A stretch of 64,000 bases of DNA from Neophaeotheca triangularis (Eukaryota): contig BAAIJX010000006.1 in assembly GCA_054600435.1 (NCBI GenBank), positions 62,001 to 126,000 on the forward strand. Direction: 5' to 3'. Shown here in pieces: positions 1 to 11,489 of the stretch. A model generated the notes under the pieces. It did not search any database, was not told the DNA's origin, and saw only the letters and a list, made by a program, of their open reading frames with translations. A program made the translations under genes and the position numbers. Every line of letters starts with the position of its first letter. Positions within the stretch are counted from its first letter, which is position 1.

Positions 1-1016
1 GGCGAAATGCTCACCATGTACGTAACCGTCGCCGGCAGCACAGCCAGGGCTAGTCGGGTTCGTAGGGTCGCTGATATCGAGCCAGATGAGACCGCCACGG
101 CAGGGAAGGTCGCCACGGACACGGACGGTCTCCTAGAAAGTGAGTCAGCAGGCGGTTTTGTACGAGAACGGGTCGAAATGAATGCTCACGTTACCGCCGA
201 CGGATCCAACAGCAACAGCATAGTTGAGCTCATGGTTGACAACAATGTTGTGCGTACGTCCGATGGGCAGCTCATCCCAGTGGCCAGTAAGATCTTCCTG
301 GGTAAAAGTGGTAGGGCTCTCTGGGTTAAGATCGAGGACCTTCTTCATGTCGAAGAATTGGACGCCGTGGTGAATAGCCTCAGATCCGACTACCATCAAA
401 TCGTTGACAATGCGAATCTCCCTCCACCGGGAACCCTCGTCATCGTATTGGGGCAGACGGCCGAGGTAGGACATCTTGCCTTCGCTGGTGATTTCGGCGA
501 ACGCGGTACCATCGTACTGCCCGATGGCGACAAACTCGCGGCCTGACTCTGGGTCGGTCCATCCCCAGCTGGAGGAGCCTTGTCCTTCTGTGCTGCCCAA
601 GGCGGAGTGAGGCAAGAAGTGGTACAGGTCGATCTATCCGACCGCGTTAGCTACATTCCAATATGGGTAACTATCAAGGTAATTCGCAGCGCTGCGGCTT
701 ACGTTGTTGCACTGGAAAGTGTTGTTCTGATCGCCTGGGATGGCCTCTGCAAAGCCATCGATACACTTGGTGTAGCCAAGCTCGGGGTACTGGGAGCTTT
801 CCATTGTACCAGCCTCGATCTCCGCGTCCCATTGTGCCTGTCGATCTTCGTTAGACCAAGCTTCACGCGAGTACAAGTCAAAAACATTACCATCTTCATT
901 CCCATGAGCATCTCATGGACCGCACCAGAGTCATACTCCTCCTCAGTGAAGCGGGCTGCATTACTGATACCCGCAAGGGCAGAGCAGGCAGCGACGAAAG
1001 CAACAGACCGAATCAT
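1..1016 (-). CDS. Secreted choice-of-anchor B / 'regulatory P domain'-like beta-propeller protein; 3' end runs off the window
   Basis: Signal peptide MIRSVAFVAACSALAGISNA from ATG 1016. Introns read at 838-890, 634-702 and 133-189, with another starting near 16. Spliced protein has GSSSWGWTDPESGREF, SRWREIR, THNIVVN and GCAAGDGYVH motifs. Confidence 0.75.
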
Positions 1017-3032
1017 CTTAACAATGCTTGTTCTGGGGTTTGCAAGCCTGGAGGGATACCAGAAGAACCATCTCTAGTCTTGGGTGGGGACGATGAATTT
1101 ATAATCATTCTATGCGCCTCGCTTTGAGCCTCAAGCAAGGAAGGTACCCGAGGCGGTATCCATACTCGACTATACCTACGTCGTCCAGTTCTTGGAAACA
1201 AATAGCCCGCAGCAACCGGGCACGACCGAATCCTCAAGGTATGGCCAGTGAGGAGTAAGCAGGCACTGATACGCATCACTTGGCTTGTGAATACCCAGGC
1301 CAGCCCACGCGCAAGCAGCGTGGTCCAAGAACTGCGAGGTTGCTGTAGCGGCTGGGTATACAGCTATTGGCAGGGCCCGCGCATGATAGCCATGTGTACG
1401 CCGGTGGGAAGCGATGATAACCTTCGCGAGCGTGCGACCCAAGACCGTGCAAGGTCCACTGCACTCTACTTACCTTCCTAATTCATCAGGTTCTCCAACT
1501 TGCGCGGGCTGCGCCCTCGTTATCGCGAGCCAAGGGAAGGATTTGGCAGATGGAGTTCGCGGTGTTTGGTGTGCTTGGAAGCCTTGGGTCTTTGGCCAAG
1601 GCATTGCCAATGCTGCTGCTGCCGCGCGGGGTAGATAGACTGCAGGTATAACCACGTAGACGGCGGAAGATGGGGAGTACTCTCCCAATGCGCTGGGAGA
1701 GGGGGCGTTTCCTGCTTGCGTGAATCGTGCCGCCTTCGGGGCAGTTCTAGGCCGGGGCAGATTCGCAGATGATGACTTGAGGATGTTGTCGAGGTGATAA
1801 GCTGTATATTCAACCCTCAGCGGCCGGGGTAGCGAAGGATTCTTGGTCAGAATTGTCTTTTTGCTGGCATTACCGTCGCTTGCTCATGTTTCTGTTTGCA
1901 ATCGCTTCCTCGGAGAGCATCAAGTTGCGTGGTAGATATAGAATCATTCCGAGCTTGCCAAGCTGATTGCTGTGTCGCCAACTCCCACGACCACGGCTGC
2001 GGCTACAACGTAGTATACCTGGTATAGGCATGCTTTGAAGGATACGATGGTCCGCCCGGTTGCTAGGTAGGTATGCGAGCTGGGATTGAGATGAGCAGCG
2101 AGGCCGGTAGGGTCGTTATATTCCCTGATATCGAGCTCAATCTTGCTCAATGTCGCTTCGCCAAGGTAGTGGTCAAGCACATCTGTGTGCCTACCATTTG
2201 ATGCCGCCCATCTATGCAGAGCAGTTGAGAATTACCTAGGTACTTACTGTACTGCATAGTTACTCGCTTCCTAGCAGGACATGTTCCACTTCTCGTTGCT
2301 GGAAGCCTGGCGCCCTACTTGAGGCCCGTGCATCAATACCAAGCATACCAGCAGGCCTCCCCCTCCCTCTCACCTCACTCGAATGCCCATATTAATCCAA
2401 AGTCGCGTTCACGACAGCCATTTCCGGGCGGTCACGCGTGGAAGACCTATCATCCTGGAATGATTCTGGCAGCATTGACGTTGTGTGACTGCGGTACTGA
2501 AGCAGGCTCTTAGACCACTACGGCTTGATTGGTCTTGTCGAATATGTCACTAGCTGCGGGATGCATTCTGAGATACTCGGTACCACAGCAGTGGGAAGGG
2601 CACTGCTACTGCTGCTTCCTGTCGCACCCGGCAAGCCTGATGAGGACGTACGATGTGTTGTGCAAGCTTCTGGTTGGCGACTCGAAGGGAAGCGCTAGTT
2701 GAGGGATGCATTTTGAGGTAGTACAGTGTTGTACGGTGTGCCTTACTAGTAGGAGTACGCCAGACGTGCAAGACGTGGTGGTTCAGGGACCAGTGATAGA
2801 TCTGAAGAGAGTCAGTCTTTGATCCCCCCTCTTTTGTCTTTTGTTGTCTTAAGACATGACTGCTTGTGACGTTTTTCTGCCTTCGGATGACAGGGAGGAA
2901 GACGTGAGTATGTGTATCAGTACAGTATTGTACATAGTTTACAATGTATCTCGCGCTCTCTTTTGAGCCCTATATGGTTGGTTTTCACACCTCAGAGTGG
3001 TGATTCCCAGACCGTCTAATCCCCCTTCCTTC

Positions 3033-4190
3033 TTAAACCGTGGAACTCTCCCCAACTCCCCTCAACACAGCCTCATAAACCCCAAACATGATAGCCGCAC
3101 TCGGCACCACTCTCAGCATATGTGGCACCAACCCGCCATACAACGCCGCAACCCCCTCCTCCCTAAAAACCGTCTTGAAACAGCTCCACAACCCCTTATA
3201 CTTGACTCTCCCAGTCGAATCCACCGGCGCCTGCCTCAACCGCGTCCTCACAACCTCATGCGGGTAGGTGATCAACGCGGCGAAGAACTTCGCCCCACCC
3301 GCCGCCGTCAATTTCCCCGTCCATTCCACCGTCCTATCCCACACCGTCGGCGTCCTCCCAGATCTGACCAAATCATCCTGCCGCCTCGACAACGAGTGTT
3401 TAGCCTGCTCATACAGCACCCACTGCAGCGTGCTCTCGCTGACTCCCAAGTAACTCGCGCTCAAACCCCTATACAGCCCCCTGATCCCTTCAGCCCGCAC
3501 AGTTTGCCGCACGCAATCCAACGCATTCCTATATTGTCTCCCCGTAACCTCGCCCGCCGTCGCAGCCTGCTTGTCAAGCTGCAACCGCGTTTTCACCAGC
3601 CAGATTGGGTTCGTAGCCGTGCCTGTCATGATTCCCGCGCTCGCCGCTGCGAGCAAATGCACTCCGGCCGTTTCCCTGCCGTCGAAGAAGTTCTGGCTGA
3701 TGATCTTCTTGCCGTTTCCGTACGCCCAGAAGTTTATAGCTCGGGCGGGCACGACTCCCACTAAATTCGGCCCAAGACCCTTGAAGAGCGCTCTCCATCC
3801 TTCCACCGATGGGATGGACGCTAGGATCTGGCCTGTTTCGCGGATGTGCAGGAGCGCTGCTCGGGGGAGAGGCAGCTGTTCGGGGGGTTTTATACCGCGT
3901 GCTGCGCGCGTTGCGGCAAGTTGGGTTTGGTAGAAGGTTGACTGGAGGCGGGTTTTGAGGACGTCGAGGGGGGACGTGAGAGTTGCGGCTGTCATGCCGC
4001 CTAGGCCACCGGCGACAAAGTGCGCCCATGCTTTGCGTTCTCGAGGGGGTGCTATGGGGGCGGCATCGTTGTGGGTGTCTGGTGTTACCTCGCCCAGTTC
4101 GCGGGAGGTGAGGATTGGGGAGTTATTCTGTGAGGTTACGGATTCGGGTTGGGCTCGGAAGGCGCCGGTCGGGGGCGTGGATGTGCTCAT
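3033..4190 (-). CDS. RIM2: Mitochondrial carrier, pyrimidine nucleotide transporter Rim2 (SLC25A33/36-like)
   Basis: Three carrier signatures (PLDVLKTRLQ, PIWLVKTRLQ, PHEVVRTRLR). WAHFVAGG and GLGPNLVGVVPARAINF are typical of Rim2. Confidence 0.9.
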   Translation of the reverse strand: MSTSTPPTGAFRAQPESVTSQNNSPILTSRELGEVTPDTHNDAAPIAPPRERKAWAHFVAGGLGGMTAATLTSPLDVLKTRLQSTFYQTQLAATRAARGIKPPEQLPLPRAALLHIRETGQILASIPSVEGWRALFKGLGPNLVGVVPARAINFWAYGNGKKIISQNFFDGRETAGVHLLAAASAGIMTGTATNPIWLVKTRLQLDKQAATAGEVTGRQYRNALDCVRQTVRAEGIRGLYRGLSASYLGVSESTLQWVLYEQAKHSLSRRQDDLVRSGRTPTVWDRTVEWTGKLTAAGGAKFFAALITYPHEVVRTRLRQAPVDSTGRVKYKGLWSCFKTVFREEGVAALYGGLVPHMLRVVPSAAIMFGVYEAVLRGVGESSTV

Positions 4191-4657
4191 TCAGGTGATC
4201 TTGATTGAAGAGGTTAGGGGTTAGGGGTGTTGGTGGTTCTGTTTGGATTCAAGGTGTTGGTCTGATGTTGCGCTTGAAATAGTGGTCTTGGAAAGGATTG
4301 GCTGTCAATTAGAAAAAGTAGTAGTTAGAGCAGGGTATCCGAAGAAGAAACGAAGATTAATGGAAAAGTATCAAAAGACGCTGTCAATGCTGAGCGCAAA
4401 AGGTGTCTATGGTGGTGTAGATGGGCGCAGAACATTTACCTTCCGGTTGGGTTCTCTCTTCCAATCAACCTCCTTGCGATTGGCTCGAACTGATCGGGAC
4501 CCGGGATCCATTCCATTCCGACCTCCGACGTCACCACCACTTCCCGTCATCTACAAACAGCTAGGTACTCGTACTCCTCTCACCACCCACAACGTCCATC
4601 TCTTCCCTTATATTTGCTTCGACCTGCGAACAACACCACTAGTTCGGCCAAAACAAC

Positions 4658-5482
4658 ATGATCCCAACACCAATCCGCCTGGCAGGTGGCCCAGGTTTCT
4701 GGCGTAGATCCATGGAAGAGTTCAAACGCCAAGCCAACATCGCCATCCGCATGGAGGGCCTACACAAACCGCAAAAGCCATACCCCTTAGTCGCCTTCGA
4801 TAAACAAGACGGCATCGATCGCTGCAAAATCATGAGCGATGCCGACATGGGCGGTTTCAGCAAAGCGGGCCTCACCTTCCAGCCCGCCTCCCACGCTACT
4901 CAAGCCTCCGAGGATGACCCCCCTCATGCTCTGTTCAGAGGACGCATTTCCACCGAGCTCCCTCCGAACCGCCCGAACATCCAACGGTCTGGCTACGCTG
5001 CATGGCGAACACGCGACCGCGGTGTTAGCCTTTTTGGTAAACTACTATGGGACATCGACCCCTACAACTTCCTCGCCCTGCGCGTAAAGTCCGATGGCAG
5101 GCAGTACATGGTCAACATCCAGACCGAGTCAATCGTGCCCACAGACTTGCACCAACACCGCCTTACAACAGTCTCACCCGGCGAATGGGAAACAGTAATC
5201 ATCCCCTTCAACGCTTTTGTCCGAACAAACTATGGCATGGTGGTCGAGCCGCAGAAGGAGATGATGAGGCAAAAGGTCAAGAGCGTGGGCATTGGGCTTA
5301 TTGATCGCGTGCAAGGGCCTTTTGAGCTGAGGATTGCCGATGTGGCTGCGACGAACAGGGCGCCTTCGAGAGAAATTGGGAGGGAGGAGTCGGGCTTTGA
5401 TTTGGAGCCTGAGGCTACTGGCATGTTGGATGAGGTTGGGCCTAGGCGGAAGAAGGGGGAGCCTGAGAAGATCTTGATTTGA
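4658..5482 (+). CDS. CIA30: Complex I intermediate-associated protein 30 (NDUFAF1 homologue)
   Basis: MSDADMGGFS, RSGYAAWRT, LALRVKSDGRQYMVNIQT, DLHQHRL and GPFELRI motifs in a 274-aa intronless ORF. Confidence 0.9.
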   Translation: MIPTPIRLAGGPGFWRRSMEEFKRQANIAIRMEGLHKPQKPYPLVAFDKQDGIDRCKIMSDADMGGFSKAGLTFQPASHATQASEDDPPHALFRGRISTELPPNRPNIQRSGYAAWRTRDRGVSLFGKLLWDIDPYNFLALRVKSDGRQYMVNIQTESIVPTDLHQHRLTTVSPGEWETVIIPFNAFVRTNYGMVVEPQKEMMRQKVKSVGIGLIDRVQGPFELRIADVAATNRAPSREIGREESGFDLEPEATGMLDEVGPRRKKGEPEKILI

Positions 5483-5762
5483 TATCTATCATATCACTGC
5501 CCTATTTTCGAATTCACGCATCAGAGGGAATTATGCATACCTGCCAAGATTTCGCTGAGGTCCCGAGCACCAAAGCATCGTTTTGTTCAAACAGACTTAC
5601 TCGACCCCTCGAAAAGTCTCTCGCTACTGTTCACCAAGCAGACTATGGAGGTGCTCTCGCTTGTGTCCTGTGCCCTTCAAGGAACCAGCATGCACATGCA
5701 AGGAACTGGACTACGATTTACCTGCACGAAACGTCCCGACGCTTTGGCATATTAATACTGTT

Positions 5763-7652
5763 CTACTTTCGCTCGCCAGAACTGGTCGTCGTATCAAGCT
5801 CTAAGGCGTCCTGGCCCGGTGTAGTTGCATCAAGCTCCACGGCGCCCCGACCCGGCGTATTTGCATCCAGCTCCACGGCGTTCCAGCCAGATGAAGTTGC
5901 GTCCAACTCTCTGGCTTCCGGGCTCGGCAGTTCACACGCATGACTTGCCCACGGCCTGTCGTTGACCAGCTTCCATTCGTTATCACCGAGAAGCTCGGGT
6001 CGGGGCGACTGTGTTGCTTCGATTTCGAAAGGCATCTTGACATCGGGTATGTGGTCTACCGTTTCCGTCACAGGCGACTTTACGTTCCCCGATTCTGGCG
6101 CCCTTACAGAAGCTCTCTTCAGCTTTCGGCGTCTTCGACAGGTCAACCACGCAAGCACAGCAACCGCTGTGACCACAACCGCAATACCAATCGCAATGCC
6201 GGCTGTGGCTCCAATTCCCAAACCCCCAATTCCCTCCCCAGTTGATTGAGAGCCATGGCCTGGCTCAGTGATTGCCGCGATCAAGGGTGAAAGGGAAGAA
6301 TCCGGAAACTTCGCTTGCGAGACTGAAAATTCGTGTCGCCCATAATCTATAATAACGTATGCTTCTTGAAGGAATGTTCTCCCGAGGATGTGCTGGGTAC
6401 TGTTCTGGGCCCGTTTCAGTGGAAAGTACCTCGTGGCATTGTTGACGTATGGTGGGTCAATCCACAAATCGAAAGCCGCGTAGGGCAATTCGATTGTCAT
6501 AGTACTCCCTCCTGTTAGGGTTGTACCTACACCGAAGTCAGCGACGCCAAGGAAGCAACTTGAGAGGATTTCTGACCTAGCGTAAATGAGAAGATTGGAT
6601 CCTGCGCTAATAAACTATCATGGAGTTCTTCGTTGACCGGGTACAATTCGCTGTCTTTATCCCAAGTCAAGTTGAAGGCCCTCTCGAACGCCTCGCAAAC
6701 TTCCACCGGCAGCCAGATCTGTGGAATCACCGAATCGATGAGCATGTAGATGCCCTCATCAAGCAAAGGATGGCTGGCAACCGCATCATGGCTGATAGCC
6801 TGCACAGCAACTGTAAGATCCAAGGAAACGTCGTCATCAAACTTGAAAACAACATCGTTAGCCTCAAACCTCGACTTGTCAAAGCCACCCAGCGTCAAAC
6901 TCCCGAGAGCCTCTGGCTCTCTATAGGCGGCGCCAGCCGTGTAACCCCAAGACAAACTAGGAAGCAACTCCCTCTCCACTAGGCTGCCGACAAAACTCGG
7001 CACGGGCTCGTTAAAACTGGTGAAATTGAACGGCACAGCACTCAGACCCAGCATGCCCGTCCAGAAGTCTGTCGTAGCAATGCCAGCAACGAGCTGCCCT
7101 TCCACCTCCAACGTCTCCGTTTCCCCATCCTCGAGCACCGGTAGCCCAACAGTCTCCCACCCGTAAAACCCATTCCCTCCCAGTCCCACTTCGCCTTCAG
7201 GTATCGCATTCAGATTGAACAGCCCCCGGTTTTCCAAACGTCTGGTGGACCATGTGGAAGACTCGTTGCGGACAAATGCGGGACCTCGAGCTGTGGGACA
7301 TGCGAGGCGTGGATTCGGATCGTCATCAGCCGTGCAGCCTTCGTGTAGCAAGACCCAAAGGATGTTGGTGGTTGTCGCGGACGTCCCCGGAAGCAAAGGA
7401 ACGAATTGCGGTGGCGTGCCCACGGAGACGTTGAAGGTTGACCAGCGGCCGTCGCCGTGGGACCTGTGGTCAGGAGATTAGCTGATTTGCTACCTCGAGG
7501 GCAGGAATTCTGGCGGAAATAGACTGGACTTGCCATTCTCCGCTGGGTGGGACGCTGATGGGTTTAATGAGGGTGTTGTTAGAGTTTGCCGCTGCAAGCA
7601 TAGTGCAAATGAACAGCGTGAGAGAGAGTACCAGATGGCTTACAAGTGCCAT
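5763..7652 (-). CDS. Membrane-anchored pepsin-like (A1) aspartic protease homologue, probably catalytically impaired
   Basis: Exons 7652-7534, 7463-6577 and 6526-5763, with a GC-AG intron at 7464-7533 and a GT-AG intron at 6527-6576. Signal peptide, GDGRWSTFNVSVGTPPQ, GSLTLGGFD, IDSVIPQIWLP, ILGRTFLQEAY, then a TM helix followed by RRRRK. Confidence 0.8.
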
Positions 7653-8676
7653 AGGCGCTGTCTCTGCTAGGACCTGGAAAATTGTTGCGAGAGAATTGAA
7701 AGAACGGCAAGACCCCAAGGCTGAGCTGCTGCTTTTGAAAACGATGAGTGCGACCGATGAGCTACGTTGAGGTTTCACTGAAGATCGAACGAGAAAGAGG
7801 CGGTCGACTCGACAGCGTGTGGTCTCGACTTCGCAGCAAAGTAAGCTGACGACGTGCTTCTGGTCACATCTACAGCAAGCACATTGGTACTTCAAGCCTT
7901 GCGGCGTGGCTCAAGTCATTCGCCAGCAATTGACCGGAGAGACAGCCCCCTCGAGGGTGAGGATTTGTGAAAGTACCTTCCGCCAAGTGAGAAGCGCAGC
8001 GAGGCTAGGCTTCTCGGTGGCATTAATATTCCTTCGAAAGCATCGATCTAGGAGAGCTAGCTACGGCTGAAAGGCGCCACGAGATCTTTTTGGCAATCTA
8101 GAGCGAGTATTCAAGTACGTTGTCGTCGATATCGGGCTGAAGGATCTAGGTAGGCGTTGGCAGCTGCAAAGCGTAAGCTTGACAGCCTTGTGCTACGTCC
8201 GACGCTCAATCTCCGTCGAGTCATGATCTTTGCATGCAAACTGTTATTTGACATGAAGTTCAAAGTTAACCGTGGAAGCAGAGAGTTCTAAGTTTCGTCG
8301 CCGTGCAAAAGTCGAATGTGGCCACCTGGGCTGTCGATTCATCATACACTTTACGCTTTCTTCACAAAGGCAAGCCTTCGTACTACTCGAACAAGGCTAC
8401 GGTACTGCATGATCGGGACGAGAACGTCAATACATCCTGCGAGGCAGCCAAGTCTCTGCATGCCATGGTTCCAGACGATGGAGGGAGCCAGCCTCGTCGA
8501 AGGGTCGAGGGCCGAGCTGGCATATGAGGAGGCTGTGATGAACTCAAATTGCTCCCACGCTTCAACCCTCCAGTTTTTGACCACACTCGCCACCTCTCAC
8601 TCGCTTCAACCCATCATCAACTAGCACTTACTATTTGCTGCTCCAATACCATACACCCACCGATTCAACCGGAAAC

Positions 8677-10238
8677 ATGATTCTTCTACATTCGCTCGCT
8701 GTGGTGCTCGCTACATTGACCTCCATCGCTATAGCCCAAATGTATACAGGATCAGGAGGCTATGCTGTCCAGACATCAGCCAACACATCGGATGCCTTCT
8801 ATCCAGCAAGCGTACGCATCTCCTACAGCACCACAGTAAGTCCCACCGCCAAATGAATGCCTATAGACGAGATGTCTTTTAGCGCTCGCTTTGCTCCAGG
8901 GTATCGTCCTTTCCGCTAATAATCGGTCAGGTGTACACGGCTACGCGTGCGACTACTGTGTTTATCACCACTACAGGCGCCAACTTCACGACAACACTCG
9001 AGGAGGTCGGCAGTTACGTTACAAGGGTCACTGATCTCATACCGGTCGCTACGAGTACGATATCTGAGCCCACTGCTCCCGGCGACTCCGTTGATTCCGG
9101 TTCAGATGATACGGAACTTGGGACTACGAGCGCGGCACTTCCGTCGGCAACTTACGTTGAGAACGCCGATGAGCTTGTTGCCACCCCGACCAACGACCTC
9201 GTACCGGCGCCAACGACCGACGAGCCTCCGCCGTCTACTTCCGATAACACCGTGACGATAACAGAGGACGAAACTCCGTCTCCATCTACCACTCTCAAGC
9301 CTTCACTTTCCGGGACCTTTTCCACTAGCTTCGCGGGCCCAGCAAGCAGCCTCATGGACCCCACCCCGGACACCACACTACCCGATACAACGGCGATCAC
9401 ACAAGGGCTTCCTCCAACAGTCACAAATTCTGCAGACGTACAGTCTCAGGTCACCTCCGAAGACGCGACTACCCAAACAACCACGGCAGAGGAAGAGGAA
9501 GCTACCACCGAGCCATCCACTGAGGACGATCCAGAAGAGACCCCAGCTTCCGAGGACCCTACTACAGCTGTCACCACTGAGGACGACCCAGAAGAAACCC
9601 CAGCTTCCGAGGACCCTACCACAGCTGTCACCACCGAGGATGACCCAGAAGAAACCCCAGCTTCCGAGGACCCTACCACAGCTGTCACCACCGAGGATGA
9701 CCCAGAAGAAACCCCAGCTTCCGAGGACCCTACCACAGCTGTCACCACTGAGGACGACCCAGAAGAGACTCCAGCTTCCGAGGACCCTACCACAGCTATC
9801 ACCACTGAGGCCAGGTCCCCCACAGCCCTGTCCACTACTGTCCTCTTAACTCTTCCAAACGATGAAGTCATAGCCTTCCCCATCCCGACCACGAGCATCT
9901 CCATCGACCTGACGGACTTTATCCTGAGCGGCCTAGGCCTCGACGACTCGCAAACAGACTCGGCGTCCTTCCTGACAACCACAACTCCACCTACCCAGTC
10001 TCACTCTCCCACAGTCGACGACGAAGAGCTTCCTAATACCACCACTCTGATCACCACCTCTACGGCCGTCGGTGGAAACGCCACGGAGACTAGTACTGCG
10101 ACTGACCAGGATGATGAGGAAGTTGTGCCGTTTGACGGCCGAGCCGGGCAAGTCGGTGTAAAGGACTCGGTGGGGGCAATTGCTGTGGCTGTGGTAGTTA
10201 TCGGAGCCGGATTGGTGGTGGTGGGTACCGTGGGGTAG
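8677..10238 (+). CDS. Secreted Ser/Thr/acidic-rich mucin-like cell-wall protein, probably GPI-anchored
   Basis: Signal peptide MILLHSLAVVLATLTSIAIA. Intron 8836-8930 (gtaagt...gctaat...cag) joins the two ORFs in frame. Hydrophobic C-terminal tail after PFDGRAG. Confidence 0.75.
9518..9810 (+). repeat. Coding minisatellite, five copies of a 57-bp unit (EDDPEETPASEDPTTAVTT)
   Basis: Units start at about 9521, 9578, 9635, 9692 and 9749 and are nearly identical. Confidence 0.95.
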
Positions 10239-11489
10239 GATTTCCGATATGGGTTCTTGAGGAACGAGGGGGGAAGCTTGATTTGATTTTGTTTCTCTAC
10301 AGGACGTTGCAATGACAGACTGTAGGGCAAATGAGGCTGGTTCGATGGCTGTAAGTTCACTACCTGACTATAACCCGGCTGGGGGATGAGTAGCTAGCTA
10401 GACTGGGTCGAGGAGTGATTATTTTGGCGTGATCCGTTGTATTCGGTGGGCTTTGACGTGGCGATGCTGTCCGGTTACGTTAATAATTGAAGACACAAAA
10501 GGTACACTTGAAACAAAGAGCAGATCCCAGACTGGGACAGCAAAGACAACGAGCAGTTGGTCGGGTGAGGTAGCATCTGTCAAGCCGTATGAGAGACTCC
10601 CCTCAAGTGGATGATGGCAGCTTCTACCGGCTGGCGCACAAAGAGAATCGATTGATACTGGAACTGGGACTTGGATTGGGGCCGGGATTAGAAACCCGGA
10701 CGGACCAGACTTTCAAGCGAGTTGCGGGCTGAGGATCTGTAGAGTCATAGGAGAGCGAGCTGACTATGCCTTTCGATCCATGCATGCGCCACTATTGGGT
10801 AGTCCGCATTCGAACAGGACCTTCGCTGAACGCACGGCGTAACAAGACCCGAGACTGCGGCTGACATGCTCCGGTCCCAATGGTAGCGAAATCAGCGAGT
10901 CAGCTGTAGCTTTTCAGCGCCACATTGTTGTTTTGGCGGCCTAGAGCGAGCATACTCATGTGTTTTTGTTGCTATCAGGCTGAAGGATTTGGGGGCGTTT
11001 GGGAGCTACAAAGCGTAAGCGGGCCAGCCTTGTGCTACCTACGACATCTGGTTGACTCGAATTCCGTTGCAAACTGATCCCGCTAGCACGTGGTATTGGA
11101 ATATACGAGCGTTTATCTCTTTCGAGACACGCTCTTGGAACTGGAAAAATCCCAATTGAAGGTTCATTTTAGAGGCAAACATGACAAGACATTCTTCGTG
11201 CCTTCGAATATGCTTCGGACTGCTACAACAAGACTACGCTAATGCGTGATCAATCTACATCAACATATATCAAACGCAGCCAAGAAGATGCTAGACATAT
11301 CCCCTCGCTATAAACGAAGACCGCCTCCGGGGGGAGTCGACAGAGGGGCCTGGTTAAGAAGGCGATGTCATGGACGCTCTCCCCAACAACCCTTCGTACC
11401 AATCCTAAGCACCTTCGATAATCCCTTTTACCTTTTACCATCGTACGAAAGTCCAATTCACTCTCAGCTATTCGAGTCCACCCACAAAC

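Noticed and set aside
1944..2180. 78-aa protein-like minus-strand ORF
   Set aside because: GTG start, no supported exon partners and no recognisable domain.
9518..9810. Regularly spaced repeats resembling a CRISPR array
   Set aside because: Contiguous in-frame tandem units with no unique spacers, inside a eukaryotic CDS, and no cas genes.
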